From Callorhinchus milii (Eukaryota), in contig NW_024704742.1 in the NCBI RefSeq assembly GCF_018977255.1, positions 126,420,001 through 126,484,000 of the forward strand: 64,000 nucleotides of DNA, read 5' to 3'. Positions 9,179-22,103 of this stretch are shown one piece after another. Under the pieces are notes generated by a model. That model made no database searches. It was given only the letters and a program-made list of their open reading frames with translations, and was not told where the DNA came from. The position numbers were made by a program, and so were the translations under genes. Positions within the stretch are counted from its first letter, which is position 1. The number at the start of each line of letters is the position of its first letter.

Positions 9179-12100
9179 GTAAGTACTGTGTATATATAAT
9201 GCATATATACGTGTGTCACATATATATATATATATGCATATATGTGAAACCCCTGAACGTTTCTTTCCAAATGCTACCAAATAAGTTATTTTGTTTTGCA
9301 TTTTTTTTTAAAAAAAACACGTGCAAATGGACACTGACAACTTCTATTATTCTCTCTCCTTATTTTTTTTTAAAAGAGAATACACAAAATGTATTTTCCC
9401 TAAATCCCCGACTTCTCCCTCTGTGCTCCAGGCAGGAGGAGGCTGGTGGGTTTTTTTTTAAAAAAAGTGCATTATAGTTGGCTCTCAGCGGTGAGTGGGT
9501 TTTTGCATGATGTTTGAGATTATTGCTGAATAACATTTTGCATTTTGGTTTGGTCATTGCACTTCGATTTAAAGGTGCAGCAATTTTCATACCGTTCAAG
9601 GGGTTTGTTTCTAGGCTCTTGCTGCTCAAATCTTGGGAAAAGAAGGGGGGGGAAAGCAAATTAATCATCCAGTGTCCTTAAAATCGTTAAGCATAAGGGT
9701 TAAAAGGCTTTGGGTATTCTTTTACGAGTTAAAAGCCCCCGTCCTGTTTCTCATTTCTGTTTTGCTGCATGTTGCTTTGAGTGATTGCAGTTTAAGAGGG
9801 AATGTCCAGGCACTGCTACAGCTATTTATCTTCTCCCATGGCTTCTCGCTGGTAACTTGATACCGTTCCACGTCCGTATTGTCAGCAACATATGTGGTAC
9901 TTCGTGGTATTCTGTAATTTTTATGACTTCTTGTCATACCCTACGCTTTCAAACCATCAAACACCCATCCGTCCACTGTGTATCCAGAAGCAAAATGTAT
10001 CAGTCCAAATTCAGTCCATTCCCAGGTGAGTTGGAGGATAAATTCCCTGAGTGTTGTGTGTGGGTTTTTTTTTTGCCCTTCTGGGTGAGGTTTCTGTTTA
10101 AAGCAGCGTTGCTTTGATTTTTATTCCTAAAACAAAAATTGCTGTTTTGAGAAAAAGTAGGGTTAGTTACACAAAAGAGTTTCCTACCAACTCCACATCT
10201 GCCCCTGGGTCTAGATTTACTCTATGAACATAACATGTCATATTTTACAGAATCTGATAAATTGTTGACTTCGGTATTGATTTTGAAGCCAGCCGGTTTT
10301 TGTACTTCTTAAAAGAACTTCGAGAAAACCGACTTGACAATTGAAACATAGATTTCCAGCATCTGCAGTATTTTGCGTTTTGTTCACAATTAAAGTCTGT
10401 ATTTAAGATTTTGATGTATTCTAATTTTTATGAGTTCTTGTCATGCCCTTCCGTGGCGCTTTCAAACCATCCAACACCAATCGTCCACTGTATATCCACA
10501 AGCAAAATGCATCAGTCCAAATTCAGTCCACTCTGAAATGCCGCCAAATCTAGATGCAATTGGAATTTCTATTCAATGGTGTCTGACATTATCAGTCTCA
10601 ATGTTTCAATTTGTTTCACCTCCTTTACAAAGTAATATTTACCATGAGACCAGATAAGATTAACTGTGGTCTTTTTGGCTCCTGTCTACCTCAAATGTAT
10701 TGTTTCCTGTTGTCCAAAGTGCACTGCACTTCTCATGTCTGTTGTCGTTGCATCAGTGACCTATTGGCAGCATGCACTGTACAAGCATGTGTGTCTGTGT
10801 CTTGGAATCCCTCAAATATTCAGTCAGTATTGTATAATAAAGGAGTGAAGGATAAATGACTCTGTAATGAAGCTGAATCTTTGAAACTACGTTCAATCTA
10901 TGTACACATTTTTTTAAAAATAATTTCATTGGATCTGGCTTTATCAGACTAGCAATCTGTCCATTTATTTTGTAACAATGAGTTAGACTTAAAATCTTAA
11001 AAAAACAGTAACTTTCAAGGTCATGAAAACTTGATACTATTGCTGTTATTAAGCAATAAAAACATACTAAAACTATGCAATGCAAAACAGCCATTAAGCC
11101 CATCTCGATAGTTTCTGAGATCATTAATGCTTGGGATCATGTGCTGTATAGGCTCTTCCATTGCCATCCTTCCCCAACAGCAGGTATGATTCCTTCAACT
11201 TCCCTCCCTCATCATTGCCTGCCCATTTACTTATCAATTTCACCCACAAAATATACGGTCAGTCAGTCCACTTTACAGTACATTCTGTAGAGTGCTTTGA
11301 GACATTTTGACAATATGATAAGGCACTATATCAAATGCAAATGCAAGGATTATTACTATTATTCAATAGGTTCTTTCACAATTGCCAGTTTGCACCATTA
11401 ATTTGCAACTGTACTCTTGAGCCTGATGAAGTTTCCCCTTAAATCACTTTGGGCTTGTAGTTTCCTGACCATGACCTCTGTTTCTTTGGCCACAGAGGTA
11501 TTTGAGCAATATTAGTGTTTAAATTGATGCTGTTCTCCTGAATGTTCTAGTTAATGGGTATCTTTCATATTAAAGTTAAGAAAAACAACGGAATCTAAAT
11601 GTCTATGCAATTATCTTTCAAACTACAGTTTCTGTTTCTAACTCTAGTTAATATACTCCTGTTCTTCAAGGATCATTGATCTTACTGAATTGCTGAATCT
11701 TCCTTCTCGAGATTGCTGTCAAGTAATAGTGAGGTGTTCAGAAATTATATGGCTTCATATCTGGGCAAGGATTAGGATCAAAGGAGTTCAGAGGACAACA
11801 TGAAATGAAAAGTAATTCTGAATAGAATAACCATATCTAATTGAATTTTTCATTTCAAAAACATTTGTGACAACGTAGAAAGTAAAACTCATTTCATATA
11901 ACCTTTAGTGTGGAACCTTCATTATCCTTGCCCCAATTAACTTCTCCATTATCCACCTTCCTCATATCTTATCTGGCAGAATGCTTTGCCTTGAAAGTGA
12001 TCTGTACAGAGTGCACTTTTTGTAGGCAGCAGTGGCTGGTACCTGAGTTAGTAATAATAAAGTGTCACTCTCAGGTAACTGTCAGTGGTAATAATACACA

Positions 12101-12689
12101 TCCTGATTGAATCCGAGAATTCTTAAATCTGTGCCCGCCCACCCCCTCCTGCCCCAGGGTCTCCTATCGCACAGACCGCAAAGATCCCTTTCCATGAATT
12201 CACACAGTGCAGAGGGTAAGATCTGTCTGGAACTGGTATCAATTCTTTTGAGTTGCAGCGATTTCAATCGACCACCAGAGGATACCCCCATTACAACAAA
12301 TAACCGAGGGCCAACAAGGCAAAAGAATGATGTGAAGCCATCAGGCTATTGGTATAATTATGGCAAGAACAGTCAATTGACCTTGTTTTACATAAGTGTT
12401 CAGTGCCATTAAGATGTTGTCTTAATGCTGTGTAATTACAGAGGAACAAAATGTTGTTGTGCCTGAGGGTAGCCATCCCTTCAAATTGTTCCCTTATTAT
12501 GGTTCTTAACTTATGACCCTGTTATCACTTCTCAGACCTTGAATGACATGTTTCATCTACTTTTTCTCCCCCAAAACATGCAACAGTTTAGTCCAGTTTA
12601 ATATATTATAATGTTAATGTGTGTTCAATTGGAGAACACGATTGAGATTCCTCCCACCTCCTCTGATAGTCTGGAGGGGAAAGTTACTG

Positions 12690-12900
12690 ACTGGTGCAAC
12701 ACAAAGCCATGCAGACCACAGGTTGCAGGCTCCAATCTTGGTCAATGCTGAGTTGGCTAATCTCATTTAGGGTGCTACCATTGGCCTCAGAACTCATGTG
12801 GTAGGGAGAGGAAATTCAACTAGGGACTCATTCTTGATCGCTATTCAGAGATCACTGTTGAAAGATGCTCTTGTGAGAATGGGTTCGGATTCAAGTGTAA
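12690..12900 (+). mobile_element. Old SINE-like repeat, related to 58825-59175
   Basis: Shares tggtc..tgctgagtt(g/a)gcta, agggtgcta..ttg(g/a)cctcaga and tcttgatc blocks with the reverse complement of 58825-59175. Confidence 0.55.
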
Positions 12901-15900
12901 TACAGTTCAATACGGTTTACATTTACATAGTGCCTTTCACATGAGGAGGACGTCTCCAAACGGGCACATGGCTGTCTGGCATTCAAACTAAGGGGGGCTG
13001 GGAGCTGAATGGGGTTGCGGGGGAAAAATGGGGGTGACTTCCATGGTAGAATAACCTGACAGCATTCACACATGAATAGTGACCAATTGGGTGAGGTATC
13101 TGATAGTGACTGGTATCCATGGATCATAGACAAGCAGAAGGAAAAGCAGTCAAAGCTGCCTTCAAGAGAGGAGGAAGAGAGAGGAGAACATTGGCAGATT
13201 AGATTCAATTGCATTCGGGTTTGACAGACAATCTAGCAACAGAAATTATCTCCTAATAATGGGCAATAAATTATGACATAAAGGAATACACAGTATAATC
13301 AAAAATTTTAGCCATACTGGGTCAAATGATGCTTCTTAACAGATTTTGTAATATATTCGGCAACATGGATATCTCAGGACACGTCAATGACACACTGTGT
13401 CCTCAGTGGCTGTATCTCTAACTTGTGGCAATGAAAATAATGTAAATCTTCACTCTAAACAATTTCACAGTATACATTGCAACAAGTGACGAATACATAA
13501 GAGTGATGCCTTGGAAGTAATCTCAATTTGGTTTCAGGCAACAGTTTAAACCACTCGTGTTTCTCCACATATTTTCTCAATCACCAAAATGATAATAGGG
13601 ATTGTTCCCCAAGAACATTATTGTCTTTGAGTTATTGTATGATAAGAAGTAGTTTAACCTTATTCTTTAATTTGATAGTTTTTATATAATAATAAATAAT
13701 CCTTGCATTTGATATAAGGCAAGATTTTTACTACGAAACGCAGTGACTGAATATTTTGTAGGTAAATATATATATTCGCCCACAAAACACAAAGTCACTC
13801 CACTTCATAGCATATCCTGTGAAGCGTTTTGAGATGTTCATCTAATGTGAAAAGTGCTATACGCATGTAAGGATTATTATTTGTATTATTATAGATTAAT
13901 TTAAAATTACAGTATTATAAATAAAATTCTAGTTCTAGTTCTGATTGGCAACATAATACAAACTATCAAATTAAAAGCCTTACCGCACAAGTCATCTGCT
14001 TTGTTCAATATTTCTTACATATCCATTATAAGCTCAAAATCCAGTAAATCTTTCAAAAGATAATGACATAAGACATCCAAATAGTGTCTAACACATACCA
14101 GCTTAAAACATCAGAAATGGCTTTATAATTGTTTTGGCGCAAGTCAAAACAGCACTGATCAGATACTAAAGATGCACCATTCTTCAACATGTTTTCATTT
14201 TTTCACTCCTGGAGTACAGATTACCACCTTGATATGATCTATTACGAATCCTTTTTCAAAGAAACGCTGGCTTCGTCCCAATTGTCATTGTCATTCTCAA
14301 TTACGGAGTTGCAAAATGTTAGAATAATAATAATCTTTGCATTTGATATAGCACCTTATCATGTCTTCGAGACATCTCGAAGTGCTTCACAGAATATACT
14401 GTAAAGTGAAGTGACTGAATATTTTGTGGGCGAAACCCAGCAGCCAATTGTACCCACCGATGTCCCACAAATAGCCTTGGATTGAGTGACTAAATTATTA
14501 TTATTATTTTTTACCACAGGTTGTAAGATCTCCTGCCAATCTTAGCAACACATTTTATAGCCCAGCAATACAAATATATATCTAAGATTGATAAATATGC
14601 AGAGAACTATATATTTTAGTGCCTGTCGAAGATGTTGGATTTTACACTCTTACCTCATCACTTCTCCATTCTCCTCCCTTTATCACTTTCCTTTTTTTAA
14701 TGACTTGCACCTTTATGGATTGTTGTTTATTTACAATAACAGATAGATGGGCTTGTGCTACAATGCTCAAACATAATTCAATGGATCCAATGCTATTCTT
14801 ATCTTTCAAATGTGACCCAAAATGTAAAAGTTGTGCTAACAGCCTTCTGTTGCACTCTTATTATGTAACATATAGAGGTTTAATGTTGTGTAATGTACTA
14901 AATCATTGATGCAATTACTATGCCTTCTCTCATGCCTGTGCTTAATACTCTCCAGAATTAGGTAAGCGCACCCTGGTACCCTCCTGAGAGAGTCTGTATT
15001 CCATTCCAGACAGAGAACCCACCACTGTACAGTGCTCTGAGATGTTATTCTACATTAAAGGTGCTATATAAATGCAAATTATTGTTGTGTGAAGCCTTTC
15101 GAGGATTACATCATGCAGCAGGAAAAAAAATGAGCCAAGCATTACAATGAAAGCAGGATGCATATGGGAAGCCAAAGTGTTTAAGTAGTCAGGATATTCT
15201 GTATTTTCCAACTACTCCTTTTTGACCACTTCTGTACCATATTTATTAGGGGCGAGGATTCTTCCCACTCATCTCCTATTAATTAAGAAAGCCAATGCCT
15301 TAATGGATAAGGTGGTTTTATCAGTGCTGATTAAACTCCCAAAGTACCCTGACACATACTTTGGGTTCCCCAAATCTTGGCACTCGCTAATTTGCACCCA
15401 ATACTCTTTGGAATTAGGTAAGCAGGGTGCATTGCTCCAGGAAGAGAGTATGATTCCATTTCCAGAAATAGTTCCATGTGTAGGTAGCATACAGATGTGG
15501 AACTCACTCAGGTTTGAATACCTTTAAGTATGGTGATGAGTTGCCAAGTGTATCAGACATCTGGCTGACCGAAAAGAAATGTTCATTGTTAATGTATCTG
15601 ACTATGTAAGGAATTTTCTGCATTGCACATTAAGTTATGGCATAGTCTTTAGCAAGTTGCATAGACTGCTTGTCTGATTATGAGTAACTGCATTTCTACT
15701 TGTGCATGGAGCTGTCCAGATATCTATAATTATTTCTAAGCCATTGATTGTATCAGTTGCTAATATTGTGCCTTTAAAATAAATATTTTTGCTTTCTGTC
15801 TAATTTTGCATTATAGTCAGAAACTGTTTATTTAAACAGCACTTGTCCCAATTTTCCAGTTAACCAAACTGACTGCAACTCACATCATGTTCAGTATGTG

Positions 15901-16254
15901 TTCAGTGATTATTTTACTGGGTTGTGCTGAATTGTTATTCTTCAATGCAGTTATGTCCCATTTATACTGCTGGAAGCAAAACTGCATTGCTTCTTGGAAT
16001 GGAGCTATGTGGCCTGATTTGTACCTCCCGTTCTATAATCTATTGGTGTTAACCATCAGATGCCATCAGAGCTCTGCATGGCTGCTTCTTCAGTAAGATT
16101 AAGATTAAAAAATGGTCCCTTGAAAGTTCATTGTGTGACACTCATGGGAACCATAACTAAGGAAGTTGTGGTTCCCATTGGAGCCTGCTTCAGTAAAACC
16201 CACATGCATGTGTTGTTGTGTATGCATTCAAGGTGCTCAAGGGTTTCACCAGTC

Positions 16255-16444
16255 AGAGGCTCAAAATATCTTATCCCGTGAGACTCATTTTGTCTTAAAA
16301 TTTAAGATCACGTAGATTTGTGTAAATTTCCAAGAACTGAGGGAAACCGGCTTCGAAGTTAAGAATGTTTCAGGATTCTGCTTAATCGTAATTTGTAAGG
16401 CAAATTTTTAAGATGGGCTAAGACGAGGTGAAATTTCAGGACTC
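16255..16444. mobile_element. Imperfect palindromic MITE-like element
   Basis: 16269-16319 is an inverted repeat of 16375-16423; a one-armed relative lies at 55161-55231. Confidence 0.65.
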
Positions 16445-17215
16445 GAGTGTGTTCATAGCTGCTGGTGGCTGGAGTCAAAGTTTCTTTGGGGAAAATATAG
16501 GAATCTCATGCTGCTTTTCCATTGGCAAACTATGAGAATGAGCAGGGAAGTCAAGTTGTCTATCGAAATCTGACCAGTTCAATCCAACCAAGTTCAGACT
16601 GGCTTGAAGTTTGACGTTTATTTCTCCCAATAAAAAAAGAAAATTTGCAGAATAGAGGGAGTGATTTTCTGTTTTCAGAACCACTTTGCATTTTATAGAC
16701 TTGGCTCAGCTTGATTCAGCCCAAACGGAGCCATCCGCTCCCACTGGTCTAAAGCTGTATTTGTATACGCCTGTTGCACTGGTGCCTATTTTTTTTACAC
16801 ACGGAACAGAAATTCAGGATATAATTAAGTGAATTTGTACAGCACTCAAACATGTTATCGTTGACTACCTGTGTTTGTTTCCAAGCAATCTCCACCACTG
16901 CATACACACACTGCGCGCTTCAAAAAAGGGCAGGTGCACCTACAGCTCATCATTGTTTTGTCTGTGCTCAGGAGTTAACCTTTTGAGTGCCTAGATCACT
17001 GGAACAGAGAGTACCCGCGAGAACAATACTCTTTGGTTCTGTGAATACTTAGTCTCAGAGCATTTAAAATCATCTTATCCCAAATTAATTTGAAATACGT
17101 GTACTTTAAAACTGCAAAAGACATTTAATAGGAACACATTTTTTCAGTTTATTAGACCTTGGCAGATTTTTTAGACCTAATTCCCTGCCCTTTCACCATA
17201 CCATTTAATAGTTTA

Positions 17216-17465
17216 ATAAAGATCCCATGGCACTATTCGAAAAGAGAAGAGAGTTTCTCCCGGTGTCCTGGCCGACAAATTCCCCAAATAAAAGATTGGT
17301 CACTCGCTCCATAACTGTTTGTGGGACATTGCTATGTGCAATTGGCTGCCGCGTTTCGCCCACAAAATACACGACTCCACTTTACAGCCAATCCTGTGAA
17401 GTGCTTTGCGACGCATCGACGAGTGATAAGGCTCCATATCAAATGCAAGGATTATTATTATTACT
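17216..17465 (+). mobile_element. Deu-domain SINE, 5'-truncated
   Basis: taaagatcccatggcactattcgaaaagag...cccggtgtcctggcc is a close match to the Deu core, followed by the shared tail. Confidence 0.85.
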
Positions 17466-18303
17466 ACCCAAATATTTGTCTATTTCTCTTTTAAACATCG
17501 CTATTGATTCATCCTCTATAACTTTCTGGGGCAGATATCTTCCTGACCTCAATTCTAACTGTTTTAACACTTGTTAAAGTTTAGAAACGTTAACATAAAT
17601 GTTCCAATATAAGGTACTGGAAACAGAATTACACAGGAGGCAGCAGTAATAAAAATTAGTCCACAGAAAGGAGCTAATTCATCCTCTATAACTTTCTGGG
17701 CCAGCAATGTACGATTTAACTATTTGGATACCAAATCTCTGTTGGTGTGATCACAACACGTATGTGTCATGTGACAGCCAAAATAGTAAATTGCCTACAG
17801 TTCTGTATAGGAGAATGAGATGGATAATTAGGAAAGTATGTGTAATCACATAAACATTATTGTTTCCTTGGCACTCTAAAAACAGCAGTGTCTTGGTTTT
17901 TAACATGCTGCTGTTATCTTCAAGTAGGTTAAATCTGGTTAAAGATGCAAACACTCACCCTGATCTGGCATTTATCTTCAGCTGTTACCTTTGATGCTCC
18001 ATTAGAATGAAGACAAATGGAAGAGGATATGTCTTCTGTGTGGTTAAAGTCTTAATTGCTAGTATATATGGTTCTCCCAAGACAGTACTAATGCAGCTTT
18101 AAAGCCTAGATTGCAATTCAATTGCATCTTTCTTGAGCAGTCTGCTAAATTATGGTACTAATTGAATGGAAGCTTCATTGTAATGTGGGCAACAGGACAT
18201 GGGCTTTTTTTTTACTGTTGGTGCCATTTGGGTCTAATTAACATATTAACATCTGATGGATTTGTAAGGCTGAGAAGTAAAAGCGGTCAGTTTTAAATAG
18301 CAG

Positions 18304-18388
18304 TGCTGATCAAGGGTCATCCAGCTTACCTAACTCTTTAAGATGCTGATCGACCTGCTGTGGTTTTCCAACATTTCTGCTTTTTGTT
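18304..18388 (+). mobile_element. Degenerate Penelope-like element terminal fragment
   Basis: ctgatcaagggtcatc...agatgctgatcgacctgctgtggttttccaacatttctgctttttgtt aligns with the reverse complement of 62140-62240. Confidence 0.6.
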
Positions 18389-18389
18389 T

Positions 18390-19010
18390 GGTTCAGTCGG
18401 TGTCTGACACATGTGGAAACCTATTCACCATATTAGGAGTATTCAAACCAGACTGAAAGTTCCACATATAGTATATGCGTATCTATACTGCATAGAAATG
18501 TTCCTGTATCTGGAATGGAATGCACACTCCATACTCTGGACAGAGAATATTAGACATTACGCATCCAGCACCTTGGCATATCCTCCCGACGTGAAAGCTG
18601 TTGTTGTTGTTATAGGTTAGCAAGATGCAAGGCTTGTGACCCCACAGTGAGCTTTGGTGCACACAACAACAACAGCAACAAATCACATTTGTATAGTACT
18701 TTTCATGTCAGGAGCACATCCCTGTATAGTCAGGGATTTTGACCCGAGCAGGGGATCAGTATACTCCTGAACTTTAACCAGCTAAAACCGTTTAGCTTGC
18801 CAATGAGAGCACAGTCTGGTAAGCTTCCCCCTGCTGTCCAGCTTGGGCTTGGGCTTGCAGGGTTAACAGCCAAATGGGAAGAATCCCTTCTCCCAGTGAC
18901 TGGTCCGGCCCTTCAAGCCCCGCCAATAAGCCAAGCTAACTGGTACATCAGCAGCAGCAGTGCTAAAGAGTGGATTCGGCTGGCTCAGGAAACTGCAATA
19001 TAACACCCCA
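18390..19010 (-). repeat. Unclassified repeat, copy 2, interrupted by two L2-type tails
   Basis: Blocks collinear with the 3868 and 27880 copies; insertions near 18560-18612 (+) and 18661-18722 (-). Confidence 0.65.
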
Positions 19011-19859
19011 CAGAGGGTTAACTCGATTTCGACATTCTGTCATTCGGCACATCACCTTGGAGCCAGCTCAGTTCGAAGGATACCAACTTACCTCCCTTTC
19101 CCAGGGATGAGAGTCACTAGTAGGTCTGCTTCTACTTGAAATGCAGGAATTTAATATTTAAATTGGAACAGTACTTTAAAGTAAGGATCTTAATTTAAAA
19201 TGAAGTTTAATCTCTGTCCTAACCTGCTATCAGAGAATTCTCTTTAATCCTTATATGAGACTGCAACCATGTTGTGATTTGTGCTTGTGACAAAAAGGAG
19301 ATTTTTTTGTATTTTCCCAGCAAGGGATATGCGATCTGGCTGAGATACAGATGTATGATTCAATTTAGTTTGAACCCTCTCTATTCAGCTAAACGTGACC
19401 CATGTCGACCACTTCTCTCATTAAAGTATTTTCTAATCGCACAAGACGATCTGAAACTTGCACGAACCAAGCACAAAACCTCTAGTGGCAGAACCATGAA
19501 CCTGAAAAAAAAAAAGTCAATTTGAACTCTGTTAAATTCCAAAGTTTATTTTTCTGCGACTACACTTGCATCTGTACAATGTTTGACACTTGTGGGCACC
19601 AAAGGACGAAATAACATGTGATTTGGCAGCAAACTCAGAGACCCCATGAGGACGGCTGGAATGAGATATGCAAAGTTTCATCTTGGTGCAGTCAAGAAAG
19701 AGCTTGCCTTATTATACTGTGTCAGAAGTGGTTACTAGCACATGTAGTGACTGCTTTTGTAGTTAAGAAGAGCATCCATTTCCTCCAGCAAACACTTACA
19801 AACAGCAAAGAGGTAAATTACCAATTTAGCTTGAAGATTGTTGGCCTGGATACCTAGGA

Positions 19860-20072
19860 GAAACTTTTTTCCTTAGGATCTTTATTGTCCATCTGGCAGA
19901 TGTGACATTAGTCACATCTGCCTCATCCCAAAGATAGCACCACTGGCAATGCAATGCGCCCCCAGTACTGTACTGGAGTTCCAGCCTACACTGTGACTGA
20001 GGCCCTGAGTTGAGGTTTGATCCAACCAGCTCTTGACACAGAAGTGATGGTGCTGCCAATTGAACCAGGCTG
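19860..20072 (-). mobile_element. Deu-domain SINE 5' part
   Basis: Reverse complement starts agcctggttcaattggcagcacc...tgtgtcaagagctggttggatcaaac and continues into the Deu region. Confidence 0.7.
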
Positions 20073-21382
20073 ACATGGGTGATTCCATAAAGTTCTGCCT
20101 ACTGCATATTATTGCGCAAAGTTATTTTCTGCATCTCACCAATGTACTGCCTGGTCTGGGAGTGCTTGTTATTGACATTAGAACCATAGGAATTTACAGC
20201 CTACAGAGAAGGTGGGCATTCAGCCCATCGTGTTTGTGCTGGTTCTTTTAAGAGCAATCCTTTCAGCCCCATTTACCTGCCCTTTCCCCATGACCTGGTA
20301 GTTTACTCCTTACATTTATTGATATATTGATGCAGAAAACAGAAGTGTTCCATCCCCGAGAAAAGTCGCAAACCAGTCTCTTTCATACTTAATTCTTGCC
20401 CAACCGACACTGAAGCTACAGAGGCTTAGCTTGATTTAGCTCAATGTTAACTCCTGAAATTTGGATGAGCTCAGATTTCTTGTTAAAATTAATATATACC
20501 CAAGTGGCAAACTAACTGAATTTAAATTGATTCTTTGCTAGTAAGAGGGGCTGTGATTTTTCATAGCAACATTTATTGTTTGATCTTCTGCACTGAGAAC
20601 ACTTGACCCGGGTTTCCTTTGGGAATTGACAATAATATTACCCTGAAGAATATTACCATGACCAACCAAGGACTAGAGGCCATTTTGAGTTGTTCAAGAG
20701 AGTTTATTAAATCATTAAAAGTTACAGCTGACAAGCATAAAAAGGAATGATCTAAATAAGTTTGTGCTAGGCATCATTACTTGCTACTAACATCTATTTG
20801 ATATCCAAATTAATACCATTAACTGCAGTGATACTTAAATGATTAATGGCATGAGACTGATACTGCTTTTACTGTGATCACAAACACTGATATTTGAGCT
20901 ATTACTGATATCAATTTGATACTTCAGTTAATGTTGAAACTTGCTACGTTTTCTGGGCTAAACAAAATGTTGCACATGTTCTTCAATCTGCTGCAAAACC
21001 AAAGTTGATCAATACAAATAGATTTTTTTAAAATGCCAGAAGGTGAAGACTTGAGAAACAAAAGGAATTAATACATGGTACGAGCTTTTGAAACCACTTG
21101 TAGTGGATCAAAGATGAGAAAGGGGTAAGGAAGAAGCTAAAAGCACACACTTGTAGTGAGAGTGTCTCACTGAGGGGTGTCCATTGTGGGGTTCAAACCC
21201 GAACTCTCCTGATTCAGAGTCTACGAACTGAACCAGGCTAGCACCTGATTAAAAATACGCATTACTATTATCTGATGAAAATCAGGAAAATAATGCAATT
21301 TCCACCAACTTTGTACCACAGTCAGTGCAAAATCAATGACAGATGTCAAGTGCAGGTTTACCACTGATTTTAATAATTCTGT

Positions 21383-21720
21383 TAATCCTTGTATTCACCT
21401 TCAAGGCCCTCCGTGGCCTTGCCCCCTCCTACCTCTCTGACCTGCTAACTCCTTATCAACCTATCCACTCCCTCCACTCAGCAGGCTCCGGCCTGCTCCA
21501 TGATCCCCCGCCCGGCTCACCCCACCATCGGCAGTCGGGCCTTCAGCCTTTCTGCCCCCGCCCTCTGGAACTCCATCCACATTCCCTTCACCTCGCTCCC
21601 TCCCTTGGCTCCTTCAATGCACGCCTCAAGATCCTCCTCTTCGACCGTGCCTTCGGGCATCCTCCTACCATCTCTGCCCTCCACCCACCCAATCCCAAAA
21701 TGTAATTTTGTATTGTATTT
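21383..21720 (+). mobile_element. L2-clade LINE 3' fragment
   Basis: ILVFTFKALRGLAPSYLSDLLTPYQP and AFSLSAPALWNSI ORF2 motifs, split by a frameshift. Confidence 0.88.
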
Positions 21721-21837
21721 GATAACAGCGCCTTATCACATTGTCACATTATCTCGATGTTTTAAAGTGAATTACAACAACAACAAAATTACATTTACTG
21801 TAAAATGTAGTCACTGTGTATTTTATAATAATATAAT

Positions 21838-22103
21838 AATATAATAATCCTTGCATTTGATATAGCGCTTTTCACGTCTTCTCGACGTCTCAAAGCTCTT
21901 CACAGAATAGACTGTAAAGTGCATTGACCGTATATTTGAGGGCGAATTTTGTAGATTAATGCAGCGTCCAATTTGTTAACAGCAATGTTCCCCAAAAAGC
22001 CATGAAATGAATGACCAGTTTTTATCTGTGGGATTGTTGGCCAGGATACTGAGAGAAAGTCCTTTCTCTTTTCAAATAGTGGGATCTTTAGCATCCACGT
22101 CAA
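21838..22103 (-). mobile_element. Deu-domain SINE, 5'-truncated
   Basis: (ATA)n tail then ccttgcatttgatatagcgc...ggccaggatac...aatagtgggatcttt. Confidence 0.8.

Noticed and set aside
8824..9477. 217-aa single-exon ORF in the track as the full protein
   Set aside because: It starts at a TTG upstream of the real ATG (8890) and reads through the donor at 9179 into intronic TA-rich sequence; FGF similarity resumes only at exon 2.
21267..21296. Possible hammerhead (CTGATGA...GAAA)
   Set aside because: No stem II can form between the boxes; it is only a CTGAT-GAAA-ATCAG mini-hairpin. CTGATGA matches near 1979, 11423, 26493 (-), 28285 (-) and 63695 also lack the required stems.
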